Below, piece after piece: positions 43,389 to 54,470 of a DNA stretch of 64,000 nucleotides; position 1 is the first letter of the stretch; each line of letters begins with the position of its first letter. Made by a program: the position numbers and the translations under genes. The stretch covers positions 24,817-88,816 of the forward strand of contig JAITHB010000033.1 of NCBI GenBank assembly GCA_031280145.1, written 5' to 3'. The notes under the pieces are model-generated. The model saw nothing but the letters and a program-made list of their open reading frames with translations, had not been told where the DNA came from and did not search any database. Origin of the DNA: Oscillospiraceae bacterium (GTDB lineage Bacteria; Bacillota; Clostridia; Christensenellales; Aristaeellaceae).

Positions 43389-44864
43389 TCAGCCTGCCTC
43401 GTCTATCGGCGCAGCTTCTGCGGCTTCATTTTCCTTTAATGCAGGCTCGTCTTCCGCATAGTCCGGCTTCTTTACGAACGAGGAGAGACCGAGCGACTCA
43501 GGGGAGAGAAGCTTCGGCGTCTGAGCGCCGATTATATAAGACAGCGAAGGATGCGTGTCTTTGAACTCCTTGCGCATTTCAAGGTAGAACGCGTAGAAGC
43601 TCGCGTGGCTTATCGGGGCGACATACAAAAGCATAATCTGGTTCAGAAGAATCACGCTGTATAGGAATCGTTTCAGCGACAGCGTGAAAATCTCCGTAAA
43701 GGCGAATGTCCTGCCGATCGAGGAATTGAGGATGATGAGGATTGCGCCCGCCGCGATAGTCGGCACGAAGTAATAGGTGAACGACATCCACAGACCCATC
43801 AGGCGCGTCTTGTGTCCGCGCATGAGGTAACGGCTTGCGCGCATGGCGCGTCTCGCGGGGAGCTGCTTTTGCGTCGCCAGCAGCGACGGAACGAGCGAGT
43901 ACGCCAGGCATCTGTTAACGAACCAATACAGCAGCCCCAAAAACAGCGCGAGCGAGACTATCGCAAGCGCGGGAAGAAGCTGCACGGAAATCATCGTGAA
44001 CTGCTCGGGATACGCGTTGATAATCGTTATGCCGCCTACATACAGCCCAATCGGGAAAACGAGCGTAGAAACAGCGTGAATAACGAGCCAAAGTACGCGA
44101 TAGAGAGTCCCGCCGAGGTACTTTTTATAATTCGCATTAATCCCGAACGAAGCGAACGGCGACGGTTTCTTTCCGAAGAGAAGCTGAGTAAAGTAATCCG
44201 CGCGTGATACCGCAAGCGGATTGAACAGGCACAGCCTGGCGACAACAAGCAGAAGTATCCACGGAAGGGCGGGAAGCAATGCGGTCCAAATTCCGGTGAA
44301 GTCAGGGAATCCCGCGCCAGTCGTGATAAGTCCGAGCGGCACCAGCAAGCTCTTTATGATACCGCTTGAGGCTGAATCCTTATACGTATCAAAGAATGTG
44401 ATGATCGGCAAGCTCACCGCGGAATAAACAGTCTGAAACGGCTTCAAGAAGATATACGTTCCCGCTTGAATTCCGCCGTATAGAATGAAAATTAAAACCA
44501 GCGCGACGAGCGGTCCGCCCCACGCGCGGCGAAGCAAGTCGCGAACGCGCGCTTTTATGTCCATATTGTCCGCGCGGTAGAGCGACTCCTGCGACGTTTG
44601 CCGCGTCTCAACGGTTTCGTTCGGTTTCCCTCCGAGCATGAAGGAAAGAATGATTCCGCCGAGGAACAGCACGCCGCCAGTTATTACGAACAGCAGCTCG
44701 AACGGGCGAACGTTCTCAATCCAACGCAGGAAACCAAGCCACGCAAGCCTGCCTATAATATCCTGAATCGGAAGGAACATCGAAGACAAACCCAGCGCAA
44801 GAATAACCGCGCCAAAGAATACCGCAAGCCCCGTAAAAAACCTTTTCATCGCAAAATCACCCAT
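43389..44864 (-). CDS. Polytopic membrane protein, DUF975-like
   Basis: 491 aa with about 9 hydrophobic segments. AMRASRYLMRGHKTRLMGLWMSFTYYF resembles the DUF975 core, and the C-terminal tail is acidic. ATG 44849 is an alternative start. Confidence 0.5.
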   Translation of the reverse strand: MGDFAMKRFFTGLAVFFGAVILALGLSSMFLPIQDIIGRLAWLGFLRWIENVRPFELLFVITGGVLFLGGIILSFMLGGKPNETVETRQTSQESLYRADNMDIKARVRDLLRRAWGGPLVALVLIFILYGGIQAGTYIFLKPFQTVYSAVSLPIITFFDTYKDSASSGIIKSLLVPLGLITTGAGFPDFTGIWTALLPALPWILLLVVARLCLFNPLAVSRADYFTQLLFGKKPSPFASFGINANYKKYLGGTLYRVLWLVIHAVSTLVFPIGLYVGGITIINAYPEQFTMISVQLLPALAIVSLALFLGLLYWFVNRCLAYSLVPSLLATQKQLPARRAMRASRYLMRGHKTRLMGLWMSFTYYFVPTIAAGAILIILNSSIGRTFAFTEIFTLSLKRFLYSVILLNQIMLLYVAPISHASFYAFYLEMRKEFKDTHPSLSYIIGAQTPKLLSPESLGLSSFVKKPDYAEDEPALKENEAAEAAPIDEAG

Positions 44865-45027
44865 TCAACAATCTGATATTCTACCATATAACGATTCAAC
44901 GCTTAATTCTATTTAACGAAAAAGCAACAATATAATGGAAACCGTGACACGAAACTATTATAAAGCATGTACCGGAATAGCACAAGTGAGCAAAATTTGC
45001 CTTTTTTTAACCTGTATGTAATACATT

Positions 45028-45056
45028 AAAAAGAGACGGCGTTTAACCGCCGCCTC
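45028..45056 (-). terminator. Rho-independent terminator after rplQ (end of the ribosomal cluster)
   Basis: Reverse strand: GAGGCGGCG-GTTAAA-CGCCGTCTC (one G-U pair) followed by TTTTT. Confidence 0.75.
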
Positions 45057-45073
45057 CTAAAGGCCTGTGAAGC

Positions 45074-45586
45074 TTACACCAGCTCGATGATAACCATCTC
45101 CGCCGCATCGCCGCGCCGCGGACCTTTGCGGATGATTCGCGTATATCCGCCGCTGCAACCCTTTTCGGTGTTGCGCTTCTTGTACTTCGGTCCCAAATCG
45201 CGGAACAGCTTTTCCACCAAAGGATGCTTGTTATCCTTCGTGCGGTCCTTAAAGTCGGACTTGCTCTCGTCGTTGCTTTTCTGTTCCTTGAGGTCGTAGA
45301 GGAAGCTCATTATCTTACGGCGCGCGGCAAGCTTGGTCGGCGCGTCGTTCACAGTGTCGACAGTAACTGTCTGACCCTTCTCATTGTTATACGACTTTTG
45401 AACAGAAACGGAATTTTCGCATTCTTTTATGGCGAGCGTCAACATCTTGTCGGCAATCGCGCGGACTTCCTTTGCCCTTGCGAGAGTCGTCTCGATCTTT
45501 CCGTACCAAAGCAGGTTACTAACCTGATTGCGAAGCAACGCCTTGCGTTCGTCAGCCGGCATCCCCAGCTTGCGTTGATAGGGCAT
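45074..45586 (-). CDS. rplQ: 50S ribosomal protein L17 (long form with internal insertion)
   Basis: 170 aa. N-terminal LLRNQVSNLLWYGKIETTLARAKEVR and C-terminal GGYTRIIRKGPRRGDAAEMVIIELV are canonical. Roughly 50 extra residues lie between them. Confidence 0.93.
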   Translation of the reverse strand: MPYQRKLGMPADERKALLRNQVSNLLWYGKIETTLARAKEVRAIADKMLTLAIKECENSVSVQKSYNNEKGQTVTVDTVNDAPTKLAARRKIMSFLYDLKEQKSNDESKSDFKDRTKDNKHPLVEKLFRDLGPKYKKRNTEKGCSGGYTRIIRKGPRRGDAAEMVIIELV

Positions 45587-45616
45587 TGCGATTACCTCCT
45601 ATATGGAAATAGTGTG

Positions 45617-46561
45617 TCAGTCGTCCAACGTCTTAAGTGATAAGCCCAAGACCGCGAGCTTTTGCTCGACTTCTTCAAGCGATTTCTTGCCCAGGTTGCG
45701 CACCTTCATCATATCGTCCTGATTGCGCTGAACAAGCTCGGATACGGTGTTGATGCTCGCGCGCTTAAGGCAGTTATACGCTCTAACCGAAAGATCGAGT
45801 TCTTCAATCGTCATCTCAAGAACTTTTTCTTTCTTGTTGTCAATCGGATCGCTGAAGTCAACCAGCGGCGGCTGTTCTGTCAGGTTCACAAATAAAGACA
45901 GATGACCCGTCAGAATTTTTGCCGCCATGCTTATGGCTTCGTCCGCGCCAATGCTGGCGTTCGTCCAAACTTCTATCGTCAGTTTGTCAAAGTCGGTTAT
46001 CTGACCGACGCGCGTATCTTCAACCGCGTAGTTCACTTTGCGCACGGGCGTGAAGATGGAGTCTATCGGGATAACGCCGATTGGCATACTGTTTGACTTA
46101 TTGCGTTCCGCCGTCACATATCCGCGGTTTCCGGCAAGCGTAATCTCCATTTCGAGATGAGCATCGCCGTCCAGCGTTGCGATATGCAAATCGGGGTTCA
46201 GCACTTCGACCTCGTCGTCCACCTGAAGGTCGCCGGCTTTGAATTCGCAAGGCCCCTTCAAATCTATGTGGACAAGCTTCGCGCCTTCCGAATACAGCTT
46301 TGTGGAGATACCTTTGAGGTTCAGAATGATTTCGGTAACGTCTTCCTTTACGCCTTGAATAACCGAAAACTCATGCTGAACACCCTCAATCTTTATTGAA
46401 GTTACGGCGACTCCCGGAAGCGACGAGAGCAATACGCGGCGAAGCGAATTGCCAAGTGTCTGACCGTAACCTGAAACAAGCGGTTCAACGACGAACTTGC
46501 CATAGTCCCCGCTTTCTGACAAATCTAAACATTCAATTCTCGGACGCTCGATTTCGACCAT
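45617..46561 (-). CDS. rpoA: DNA-directed RNA polymerase subunit alpha
   Basis: 314 aa with [20 protein letters not shown] and a C-terminal domain [14 protein letters not shown]. Confidence 0.97.
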   Translation of the reverse strand: MVEIERPRIECLDLSESGDYGKFVVEPLVSGYGQTLGNSLRRVLLSSLPGVAVTSIKIEGVQHEFSVIQGVKEDVTEIILNLKGISTKLYSEGAKLVHIDLKGPCEFKAGDLQVDDEVEVLNPDLHIATLDGDAHLEMEITLAGNRGYVTAERNKSNSMPIGVIPIDSIFTPVRKVNYAVEDTRVGQITDFDKLTIEVWTNASIGADEAISMAAKILTGHLSLFVNLTEQPPLVDFSDPIDNKKEKVLEMTIEELDLSVRAYNCLKRASINTVSELVQRNQDDMMKVRNLGKKSLEEVEQKLAVLGLSLKTLDD

Positions 46562-46603
46562 ACGCCAACCTCCTTGTGAAATAATAGTAGCAGCTTGGCG
46601 CGG

Positions 46604-47230
46604 TTATCTCGAGTAAAGTTCGACGATGAGGTGTTCCTGAATGGTAAGGTCGATGTCTTCGCGAAGCGGAAGAGCGGTCACCTTAGCGGTCAGGTTCGGC
46701 GCGTCGAAGGTTATCCACTTGGGAAGAATACGGCCCGTACCTTCGCGAAGCGCCTTGAAGCGGTCTATCTCACGGCTCTTGAGACGCAACGTAATCGTCT
46801 GTCCGACGCGGACGAGGAACGAGGCGATGTCAACCTTCTGTTCGTCGACGTAAATGTGTCCGTGCAGAACGAACTGCCTTGCCTGAGCGCGCGAGCTTGC
46901 GAACCCTGCGCGATAGACGACGTTATCAAGACGGCGTTCCAGAATCTGAAGAAGGTTTTCGCCCGTTACGCCCTTCAGGTTGGAAGCCATTTCATAATAC
47001 TTGTGGAACTGCGATTCGAGCACTCCGTAAGCCCTGCGCGTCTTTTGCTTTTCGCGAAGCTGCACACCGTATTCGGAAAGCTTGCGGGCTCTTGCCTGAC
47101 CGTGCTGACCCGGCGGAGTCGGACGATGTCCGAATACGCACTTTTGAGAATAACACTTGTCGCCCTTAAGGAACAACTTCTGTCCCTCGCGGCGGCATAG
47201 GCGGCATACTGATCCTGTATATCTTGCCAT
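46604..47230 (-). CDS. rpsD: 30S ribosomal protein S4
   Basis: 208 aa with [16 protein letters not shown] and an S4 domain. Confidence 0.97.
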   Translation of the reverse strand: MARYTGSVCRLCRREGQKLFLKGDKCYSQKCVFGHRPTPPGQHGQARARKLSEYGVQLREKQKTRRAYGVLESQFHKYYEMASNLKGVTGENLLQILERRLDNVVYRAGFASSRAQARQFVLHGHIYVDEQKVDIASFLVRVGQTITLRLKSREIDRFKALREGTGRILPKWITFDAPNLTAKVTALPLREDIDLTIQEHLIVELYSR

Positions 47231-47248
47231 GTCGTATGTTCCTCCTGA

Positions 47249-47650
47249 TTAAACGCGCCTGCGCTTTGGGGGACGGCAGCCGTTATGAGGAATCGGAGTC
47301 ACGTCTTTGATAAGCGTAACGTCCAGACCCGCGGCCTGAAGTGAACGTATCGCAGCTTCGCGTCCCGAACCCGGTCCCTTAACGTACACTTCAACTGTAC
47401 GAAGACCGAACTCAAGCGCACCCTTCGCGGCGGTTTCGGCGGCTGACTGCGCGGCAAACGGAGTGGACTTCTTGCTTCCGCGGAAGCCGAGACCACCCGC
47501 CGATGCCCAAGACAGCGCGTTGCCTGTAGTATCTGTAATTGTGACTATCGTGTTGTTGAACGAGCTGCGGATATGCGCCGCGCCGCGTTCAACCTGCTTC
47601 TTTTCCTTGCGCTTGCGTATCGCGCGCTTTACGGACTTTTTAGGCGCCAA
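47249..47650 (-). CDS. rpsK: 30S ribosomal protein S11
   Basis: 133 aa, TTG start after [22 protein letters not shown]...[14 protein letters not shown]. Confidence 0.97.
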   Translation of the reverse strand: MAPKKSVKRAIRKRKEKKQVERGAAHIRSSFNNTIVTITDTTGNALSWASAGGLGFRGSKKSTPFAAQSAAETAAKGALEFGLRTVEVYVKGPGSGREAAIRSLQAAGLDVTLIKDVTPIPHNGCRPPKRRRV

Positions 47651-47700
47651 CTGTTTTCCCTCCTGTCAGAGAACAATCATACCGAAATTATGCGGGATTG

Positions 47701-48078
47701 TTAACGAGCCGCCTTCTTCTTGCCTGCGACCTGCTTTTTCGGTCCTTTGCGTGTGCGCGAGTTGTTCTTCGTGTTCTGCCCGCGGACGGGAAGCCCGCGG
47801 CGATGACGAACGCCTCTGTAAGCGCCGATTTCAACGAGACGTTTAATATTGAGCGCTATCTCACGGCGGAGATCACCTTCAACCTTAACGTTGTGCTCGA
47901 TGTATTCGCGGAGCTTGTTGATCTCCTGCTCGTTCAAGTCCTTTACGCGGATATCGGGATTCACGCCCGTATCTTTGAGTATCTTTCTCGCGGTGGAGAT
48001 TCCGATACCGTAGATATAGGTAATGCCGTATTCAACCCGCTTCGCGTTTGGCAAGTCTACGCCTGCTATTCGTGCCAT
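47701..48078 (-). CDS. rpsM: 30S ribosomal protein S13
   Basis: 125 aa with [10 protein letters not shown]...[15 protein letters not shown]. Confidence 0.97.
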   Translation of the reverse strand: MARIAGVDLPNAKRVEYGITYIYGIGISTARKILKDTGVNPDIRVKDLNEQEINKLREYIEHNVKVEGDLRREIALNIKRLVEIGAYRGVRHRRGLPVRGQNTKNNSRTRKGPKKQVAGKKKAAR

Positions 48079-48220
48079 ATAGTAAACTCCTCCAAAACCA
48101 ATGGTGCCTTCAAAATCAGCCGCCCAGCGACCGTCTATAGTGATTGCGCAAGTCTCATCGGTACACGCAAGGCGTGTCAGCCGCCCGAAAAAGACAAGCG
48201 CATATCAGGCGAAACAAGGC

Positions 48221-48334
48221 TTATCCCTGCTTTTGCTTATGCTTCGGGTTTTCGCAGATAACCATTACTCTGCCTTTACGCTTGATGATTTTGCACTTCG
48301 CGCAGATAGGCTTGACTGACGGACGAACCTTCAT
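48221..48334 (-). CDS. rpmJ: 50S ribosomal protein L36 (zinc-binding form)
   Basis: Below the ORF-track size cutoff. Hand translation gives [37 protein letters not shown], with AGGAGGT 6 nt upstream. Confidence 0.93.
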   Translation of the reverse strand: MKVRPSVKPICAKCKIIKRKGRVMVICENPKHKQKQG

Positions 48335-48399
48335 AACTTTACCTCCTGAACTTAAAACGCGCAATGTGACAGCAAACAAACACATCGGCACGAATTAGT

Positions 48400-48428
48400 A
48401 TTATATCAGAACAAACTGTCAGCGTCAA
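48400..48428 (-). promoter_or_regulatory. Internal promoter (TTGACG-17 nt-TATAAT) ahead of rpmJ-rpsM-rpsK-rpsD-rpoA-rplQ
   Basis: Reverse strand: TTGACG (48428-48423), 17-nt spacer, TATAAT (48405-48400), in the 159-nt infA-rpmJ spacer. Confidence 0.6.
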
Positions 48429-48493
48429 GAAAAACTTTGACAACTATATCGAAACTTCAAAATTTCCTTCAAATCCCGTGAGCATTTCTTTAA

Positions 48494-48715
48494 TCAGTTT
48501 TTGCTGCGCCACGTTATTCTGCCGCGTGTCAAATCGTACGGAGAAAGCTCTATTGTCACCTTGTCTCCGGGGTAAATGCGAATGAAATTCATACGCATTT
48601 TGCCCGAAATATGCGCGACAATCATGTGACCGTTGGGCAGCTGCACCTGAAACATAGCGTTCGGAAGCGCTTCTTTAACAGTGCCTTCTACTTCAATGAC
48701 ATCACTCTTCGCCAA
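48494..48715 (-). CDS. infA: Translation initiation factor IF-1
   Basis: 73 aa, TTG start after [34 protein letters not shown]...AHISGKMR. Confidence 0.97.
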   Translation of the reverse strand: MAKSDVIEVEGTVKEALPNAMFQVQLPNGHMIVAHISGKMRMNFIRIYPGDKVTIELSPYDLTRGRITWRSKN

Positions 48716-49013
48716 ACGTGTTTTCCTCCATATTCTCTGTCATGCGATTCTTTATATCAGTCAGCCCGCGGCGTATGTCGGAATCCTTAAGGATTCCCTT
48801 TTCCACGAGCTCCGCCAGTTCGCGGAGTATCCAATGGCGCGGCTTTAAGTGCATCCTCTTCTTAGGTTTCGGTTTTGCAAGCTTCCTTAGGTCGCCGTCC
48901 GCCACCAAAACCAGCCCGTCGTCCCTAATTCCGACGACGACGAACAGCCGCCGTTTATCTCTTCCCGCCTTCGACTCGACGACGCGATACATCTCAAACT
49001 TTTGCTCAACCAT
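48702..49013 (-). CDS. KOW-domain RNA-binding protein (the small gene found between map and infA in Clostridia)
   Basis: About 103 aa from ATG 49013; the track start is 49034. [20 protein letters not shown] is KOW-like. Confidence 0.7.
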   Translation of the reverse strand: MVEQKFEMYRVVESKAGRDKRRLFVVVGIRDDGLVLVADGDLRKLAKPKPKKRMHLKPRHWILRELAELVEKGILKDSDIRRGLTDIKNRMTENMEENTFGEE

Positions 49014-49782
49014 CGGCAAGCCCTTTAAGCGCAAGTTCCCTCGGCAGCGTCAGTATGTCCGGCAAGCCGCCCACCGTCACAGCCATAGTATGCTCATAAT
49101 GCGAGCAAAGCTTGCGGTCGCGAGTCTTCACAATCCAGCCGTCGAAGTCCACCTCAAAAGTACCTTGCGTTATCATCGGCTCGATCGCAATCGTCATCCC
49201 TTGCATAAGACGCAATCCCTTGCCCGCAGTTCCGAAGTTTGGAACCTCGGGGTCTTCATGCATGTGCCGCCCTATGCCGTGACCCGTCAGCGCGTGAACC
49301 GCATCATAGCCCTTGCTGTGCGCGTACGAAGAGACAGCGTGACCTATATCGCCGATTCGATTGCCCTTAACCGCGTTTCGCGCGCCAATCCAAAAGCAAC
49401 GCTCCGTTTCATCAATCAACCGCTGCGCTTCCGCGGAAATCGTCCCGACGCCGACGGTAAACGCGCTGTCGGCGTGCCAGCCATCGAGAATCAGTCCGCA
49501 ATCGATTCCTATTATGTCACCCTCGCGAAGATGCGTATCGTCGGGTATGCCGTGCACAACATGCTCGTTAAGCGAAGTGCACAGCGACTTCGGGAATCCC
49601 TTGTAGTTCAGGAACGACGGAACCGCGTGGTTTTCCGTTATCAGCTTGTGCGCGAGTCTGTTTATATCTTCCGTTGTTATTCCGGGTTGAACCATCTCGC
49701 GAAGCCGTTGAAGCACTTCATACAGAAGCTGCCCTGAAGTGCGCATCTTCTCAATCTGCGCGGGGTTCTTAACGTTCACCAT
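49006..49782 (-). CDS. map: Type I methionine aminopeptidase
   Basis: Start set to ATG 49782, just after the adk stop; the track start is 49803. Metal ligands in DIIGIDCG, HGIGRHMHE and IEPM contexts. Confidence 0.93.
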   Translation of the reverse strand: MVNVKNPAQIEKMRTSGQLLYEVLQRLREMVQPGITTEDINRLAHKLITENHAVPSFLNYKGFPKSLCTSLNEHVVHGIPDDTHLREGDIIGIDCGLILDGWHADSAFTVGVGTISAEAQRLIDETERCFWIGARNAVKGNRIGDIGHAVSSYAHSKGYDAVHALTGHGIGRHMHEDPEVPNFGTAGKGLRLMQGMTIAIEPMITQGTFEVDFDGWIVKTRDRKLCSHYEHTMAVTVGGLPDILTLPRELALKGLADG

Positions 49783-49783
49783 G

Positions 49784-50434
49784 CTAGTTCGCCGCGCCCG
49801 CATTTACATGTACATTCTGAAGAATACCGCTGAGTATCCGTCCGCCCTCTTCAATCGGAAGCGCTCCGTCAAGAGCGTACATCCTTCCGCTTCCTTTATA
49901 ATACTCGACGAGCGGCGCAGTCTGAGAATGATAAACAGTCAAACGATTCAGAACGGTCTCCGCTTTGTCGTCGTTCCGCTGAATCAGATCGCCGCTGCAC
50001 TGTTCGCAAAGCACGCGATTGCCAAGGCGCGAAAGATGGTACGTAGCGCCGCAATCCTTGCATACGCGGCGCCCCGACAGCCGCTTCACGATGGATTCGT
50101 CGTCAAGTTCGATATTGATGATTGCGTCAAGCTGCGATATTCCGTCAAGCGACTCCGCCTGGGCAACTGTTCTCGGGAATCCATCCAGAATGTAACCGTC
50201 TTTGCAATCGTCCCTTGCGATTCTTTCGCGAACCAAATCAATAATTATATCGTCAGGAACAAGAAGTCCCTTGTCTACAAAGTCTTTCGCCGTCTTGCCG
50301 AGAGCAGTCTCTTCACTCATCGCTTCGCGAAGTATCGCGCCTGTAGAAATCTGCGGAATATTCAGTTGGCTTGCGACGATTGAAGCGTGAGTGCCTTTCC
50401 CTGCGCCCGGAGGTCCAAGAAACAATATCTTCAT
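49784..50434 (-). CDS. adk: Adenylate kinase (Cys4 zinc-lid form)
   Basis: 216 aa. GPPGAGKGT, and lid CKDCGATYH...CEQCSGDL. Confidence 0.97.
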   Translation of the reverse strand: MKILFLGPPGAGKGTHASIVASQLNIPQISTGAILREAMSEETALGKTAKDFVDKGLLVPDDIIIDLVRERIARDDCKDGYILDGFPRTVAQAESLDGISQLDAIINIELDDESIVKRLSGRRVCKDCGATYHLSRLGNRVLCEQCSGDLIQRNDDKAETVLNRLTVYHSQTAPLVEYYKGSGRMYALDGALPIEEGGRILSGILQNVHVNAGAAN

Positions 50435-50582
50435 GCATTCTCCAATTCCGGCGCGCGGACGGAGGTCTCGCGAAGCCGGTGAACGCGGCTCTTCCGCGTT
50501 GAATAGTGACGTGACCTATTAGACAACCATTCGCATGGACGACAAGCTGCCGTCCATGCGTTTACTTTGTCTGTTACGAATT

Positions 50583-51836
50583 TTAAAGGAATCCCTTGTA
50601 GTTGCGCATAACCAACTGGCTCTCAAGACCGCGTATGGTTTCAAGCGCAACGCTTACGGCAATCAACAGTGAAGTTCCGCCGAACGGCATTGACACGCCT
50701 ATCCAGCGATACACGAGCGAAGGAATAATCGCGAGCAGCGCGAGGAATATTCCGTCGAACAGGATTATTCTGTGCGAAATTCTGGAAAGATAATCGCTCG
50801 TCGGTCTGCCTTGACGCGTTCCGGGAATGATTCCGCCGTTCTGCTGCAAATTCCGGCTTATCTCAATCGGGTTGAACGTTATGCTGGAATAGAAATACGC
50901 AAACGCGAGAATCAGCAGCGCGAAGATTATCTGATACCAATACCCTGACTGGAAGTTATTCCACCAAAGCGCTATTCCCGACCCCGCGAAGAACGAGAAG
51001 ATGATTCCGGGGAACTGCGTGAACGACGACGCGAAGATTACGGGAAGAACGCCCGCGCTGTCCACCTTGAGCGGAATATGCGTCGATTGTCCGCCGTACA
51101 TCTTGCGACCGACGACCTTCTTCGCGTACTGCACGGATATTCTGCGCTCGCCGCGGTTGACGAAAGTGATCGCTACTATCATAACCAGCGCGACTATGAC
51201 GACGGAAAGAATCTGCCACCACGTCGTCGCCATCCCCGTGAACAATCCGCGCACACCTTGCACCGCCCACAGGAACAAGTTTGAAACGATTCCGCAGAAT
51301 ATAAGAAGCGATATACCGTTTCCGATTCCGTTTTCGGTTATGCGCTCACCTATCCACATCGCGAGAGCGGAACCTGCCGCCATCGAAAGACCGATGACAA
51401 ACGGGCTGTACCAATTGGATTCGACGTTCGCGCCGAGCCCGTAGACCAAACCGATTGCCATAATGAAGCCGATGGCAACCGTCACATAACGCGTTATACC
51501 GGCAATCTTCTTCCTGCCCTCTTCGCCGCCTTCCTTCTGCAGACGCTCCAGCGCGGGAATCGCGTAGGTGAGAAGCTGCATAATGATGGAAGCGTTGATG
51601 TATGGCATTATGCCCATCGCCATGATGGTCATGTTTGACAGGTTCTGATTACCCGCCATCATGCCGAGAAACCCTAAGAGACCATTGCTCTCAAGGGCCG
51701 AGCTGATAGCGCCGGTATTTACGCCGACGATCGGAATGACGCCGGCGAGCCTGTATATAAGAAGCATAAGCAACGTATAGAGAATCTTCTTGCGAAGCTC
51801 CGGAACATGCCACGCGTTCTTCAAAGTAGTCAGCAT
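50583..51836 (-). CDS. secY: Preprotein translocase subunit SecY
   Basis: 417 aa with 10 TM segments and the canonical GIMPYINASII and GGIIPGTRQGRPT motifs. Confidence 0.97.
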   Translation of the reverse strand: MLTTLKNAWHVPELRKKILYTLLMLLIYRLAGVIPIVGVNTGAISSALESNGLLGFLGMMAGNQNLSNMTIMAMGIMPYINASIIMQLLTYAIPALERLQKEGGEEGRKKIAGITRYVTVAIGFIMAIGLVYGLGANVESNWYSPFVIGLSMAAGSALAMWIGERITENGIGNGISLLIFCGIVSNLFLWAVQGVRGLFTGMATTWWQILSVVIVALVMIVAITFVNRGERRISVQYAKKVVGRKMYGGQSTHIPLKVDSAGVLPVIFASSFTQFPGIIFSFFAGSGIALWWNNFQSGYWYQIIFALLILAFAYFYSSITFNPIEISRNLQQNGGIIPGTRQGRPTSDYLSRISHRIILFDGIFLALLAIIPSLVYRWIGVSMPFGGTSLLIAVSVALETIRGLESQLVMRNYKGFL

Positions 51837-52276
51837 TAGACCACCTCGGCCTTCCCGCCTGCCGCCTCGATTTTCTGCTTTGCGCTCTCCGTAAACTTAG
51901 CCGCGAGAACAGTCAGCTTCTTTGTGAGTTCGCCGTCGCCCAAAACCTTGAGACCGTCCTTCTCAATCTTGATGAGACGTTCCGCCGCGAGGAGATCTTC
52001 GGTGACAGTGGTGCCATCCTCGAATATTTCAAGCGCGCTTATGTTTACTATCGCATATTCCTTGGCGAAGATATTCGTGAATCCGCGCTTTGGCAGACGC
52101 CTGATGAGCGGAAGCTGTCCGCCTTCAAAGCCCGGACGCTTTCCGCCGCCGGATCTCGCCTTTTGTCCCTTATGACCTTTGCCGGAAGTTTTGCCCAATC
52201 CGGAACCGACACCTCGACCAAGACGCTTCTGCGTCTTTTGCGTACCGGGCGCCGGCGCTAATTCATGCAACTTCAT
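51836..52276 (-). CDS. rplO: 50S ribosomal protein L15
   Basis: 146 aa with [11 protein letters not shown]...[21 protein letters not shown]. Confidence 0.97.
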   Translation of the reverse strand: MKLHELAPAPGTQKTQKRLGRGVGSGLGKTSGKGHKGQKARSGGGKRPGFEGGQLPLIRRLPKRGFTNIFAKEYAIVNISALEIFEDGTTVTEDLLAAERLIKIEKDGLKVLGDGELTKKLTVLAAKFTESAKQKIEAAGGKAEVV

Positions 52277-52331
52277 AATCGGTCTCCTTTATTTCAGCCT
52301 ACGAACAAATCGGAAGGCGGATAAGAGGCTG

Positions 52332-52514
52332 TCAGCCTTCGACTTCCTCAACCGTCACCATATGGCGGACGGTGAAAACCATTCCGCGTATGGCGTCGTT
52401 ATCGGGTTGAATGACACTCTGATGAATCTTCTTAAGCCCCAGCGCTTCGACAGTCAAGATATGCTTCTTCAGGCATGCGATAGGGGACTTTACGAGCGTA
52501 ATCTTAAGCTTCAT
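52332..52514 (-). CDS. rpmD: 50S ribosomal protein L30
   Basis: 60 aa with KITLVKSPI....H..TVEALGL.K. Confidence 0.95.
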   Translation of the reverse strand: MKLKITLVKSPIACLKKHILTVEALGLKKIHQSVIQPDNDAIRGMVFTVRHMVTVEEVEG

Positions 52515-52525
52515 ACTTTCCCTCC

Positions 52526-53050
52526 TCAGCCCAGAATTTCTTCCACTGTTTTACCGCGAAGCTTTGCAACTTCTTCCGCGGAACGAAGCAGACGCAGACC
52601 TTCTATCGTCGCCTTAGCCATATTTATCGGGTTCGTCGTTCCGAACGACTTCGTCCTGATGTCGCGGACTCCGCAAAGCTCGAGAACCGCGCGCGCAGGC
52701 CCGCCCGCTATAACGCCCGTTCCTTCCGGAGCCGGCAGCAGCAGGACCTTTCCCGTTCCGTAGTTCCCGATCGCTTCGTGGGGGATGGAAGTTCCCTTAA
52801 GCGAGATATTCAGAACATGTTTCTTGGCGTCTTCAACCGCTTTACGGATAGCTTCGGGAATTTCGGCAGCCTTGCCCATTCCGCAGCCGACTCTGCCCTT
52901 TTCATCTCCGACTACAACCAGCGCCGAGAATCTGAAGTTACGTCCGCCTTTAACGACCTTAACAACGCGATTTACAGCCACAAGTTTTTCTTTGAATTCG
53001 CTCTCTTCACGATCGCGTTCCCTGGGTGCGCGCTCTCTGCGCTGCTCCAT
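52526..53050 (-). CDS. rpsE: 30S ribosomal protein S5
   Basis: 174 aa with [31 protein letters not shown]. Confidence 0.97.
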   Translation of the reverse strand: MEQRRERAPRERDREESEFKEKLVAVNRVVKVVKGGRNFRFSALVVVGDEKGRVGCGMGKAAEIPEAIRKAVEDAKKHVLNISLKGTSIPHEAIGNYGTGKVLLLPAPEGTGVIAGGPARAVLELCGVRDIRTKSFGTTNPINMAKATIEGLRLLRSAEEVAKLRGKTVEEILG

Positions 53051-53094
53051 GCGATGTCCTCCTTACGGCTTCCTATACAATATCTGAAGCTTTG

Positions 53095-53460
53095 CTAAAA
53101 ATCAAGTCCCGCGTCTCTCGCGCCGCTCGCCACTTCCGCAACGCGGCCTGTGTAAACATATCCGCCTCTGTCGAACACTACGTTCTTGTATCCCGCGGAA
53201 ATCGCGCGCTTCGCCAGTTCACGACCGACAAGCTTCGCTTCACTCTTCTTGTCGCCTTCGAGCGCTTTGCGAATCTCGCCGTCGATTGTCGAAGCCGAAA
53301 CCAGCGTTACGCCCTTGCTGTCGTCGATAAGCTGCGCGTATATATGCTTCAAGCTTCTGTAAACGCAAAGTCTCGGACGCTCAGACGTTCCTAAAATCTT
53401 TCTGCGGACGCGCTTATGGCGGATCTTTCTTATCTCATTTTTGTCTTGACGATTAAACAT
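53095..53460 (-). CDS. rplR: 50S ribosomal protein L18
   Basis: 121 aa with [20 protein letters not shown] and VFDRGGY.YTGRV. Confidence 0.97.
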   Translation of the reverse strand: MFNRQDKNEIRKIRHKRVRRKILGTSERPRLCVYRSLKHIYAQLIDDSKGVTLVSASTIDGEIRKALEGDKKSEAKLVGRELAKRAISAGYKNVVFDRGGYVYTGRVAEVASGARDAGLDF

Positions 53461-53483
53461 AAGGATTCTCCTTAAACTAACGC

Positions 53484-54029
53484 TTACTTTTTGCCGGATT
53501 TGCCTTCCTTGCGGCGAATGATTTCAGTATCGTACTTGATACCCTTGCCAAGGTACGGTTCGGGCTTGCGTATCGCGCGGATATCCGCAGCGACCGCGCC
53601 GACCTTCTGCTTATCGATACCCTTGACTAAAATCTTCGTCGGGGCGGGCGTCTCGAAAGAAATATTCTCGGGCGCCTGCATTACCACGGGATGACTGAAG
53701 CCGATGTTGATTGTCAACTGGCTGCCGCCCTGCGCCTGCGCTCTGTAACCTGTTCCGACCAAATCCAAACCCTTGGTGAACCCGGTCGTAACGCCCGTCA
53801 CCATGTTTTGAACCAACGCGCGGTAAAGCCCGTGCATCGCCTTATGCGGCTTCGCGTCGGACGGACGGGTGAGCACCAACGCCGCGCCTTCGTTCTTTAT
53901 CGTTATATCCTTATTGACGTCCTGAACGAGCGTTCCCTTCGGTCCCTTTACTGTCACGACATTCGCGTCGTCTATATCAACCGAAACGCCTGCCGGAAGA
54001 ACGACCGGAAGTTTTCCTATACGAGACAT
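53484..54029 (-). CDS. rplF: 50S ribosomal protein L6
   Basis: 181 aa with [12 protein letters not shown] and [11 protein letters not shown]. Confidence 0.97.
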   Translation of the reverse strand: MSRIGKLPVVLPAGVSVDIDDANVVTVKGPKGTLVQDVNKDITIKNEGAALVLTRPSDAKPHKAMHGLYRALVQNMVTGVTTGFTKGLDLVGTGYRAQAQGGSQLTINIGFSHPVVMQAPENISFETPAPTKILVKGIDKQKVGAVAADIRAIRKPEPYLGKGIKYDTEIIRRKEGKSGKK

Positions 54030-54056
54030 ATCTTTTCCTCCTCCTCGTGCTTCCGC

Positions 54057-54455
54057 TTACCAAATGTAAGCCAGAACTTCGCCGCCGACGGCTTTCTTCC
54101 TGGCTTCCTTGTCGGTCATGACGCCCTTTGGCGTTGACAAAATAGCAACGCCAAGCCCACCCAATACCTTGGGGATCTCTTCGACGCCCGTGTAGACGCG
54201 AAGACCGGGTCGGCTTATACGCTTAAGTCCTGAAATGACCGGTTTCTTTTCCTGCGAATACTTAAGAGCGACGCGAATGCTGCCCTGCGGTCCGTCACGA
54301 AGAACGTCGAAGTTCTTGATGTAACCTTCCTGCACAAGTATCTTCGCTATTGCCTTCTTCATATTGGAAGCGGGGATGACGACGATATCATGCTTCGCGA
54401 CGATAGCGTTGCGAATCCTTGTGAGCATATCAGCGATTGGATCTGTTACTAACAT
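54057..54455 (-). CDS. rpsH: 30S ribosomal protein S8
   Basis: 132 aa with [14 protein letters not shown] and GGEVLAYIW. Confidence 0.97.
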   Translation of the reverse strand: MLVTDPIADMLTRIRNAIVAKHDIVVIPASNMKKAIAKILVQEGYIKNFDVLRDGPQGSIRVALKYSQEKKPVISGLKRISRPGLRVYTGVEEIPKVLGGLGVAILSTPKGVMTDKEARKKAVGGEVLAYIW

Positions 54456-54470
54456 CTGTTCGGTTCCTCC

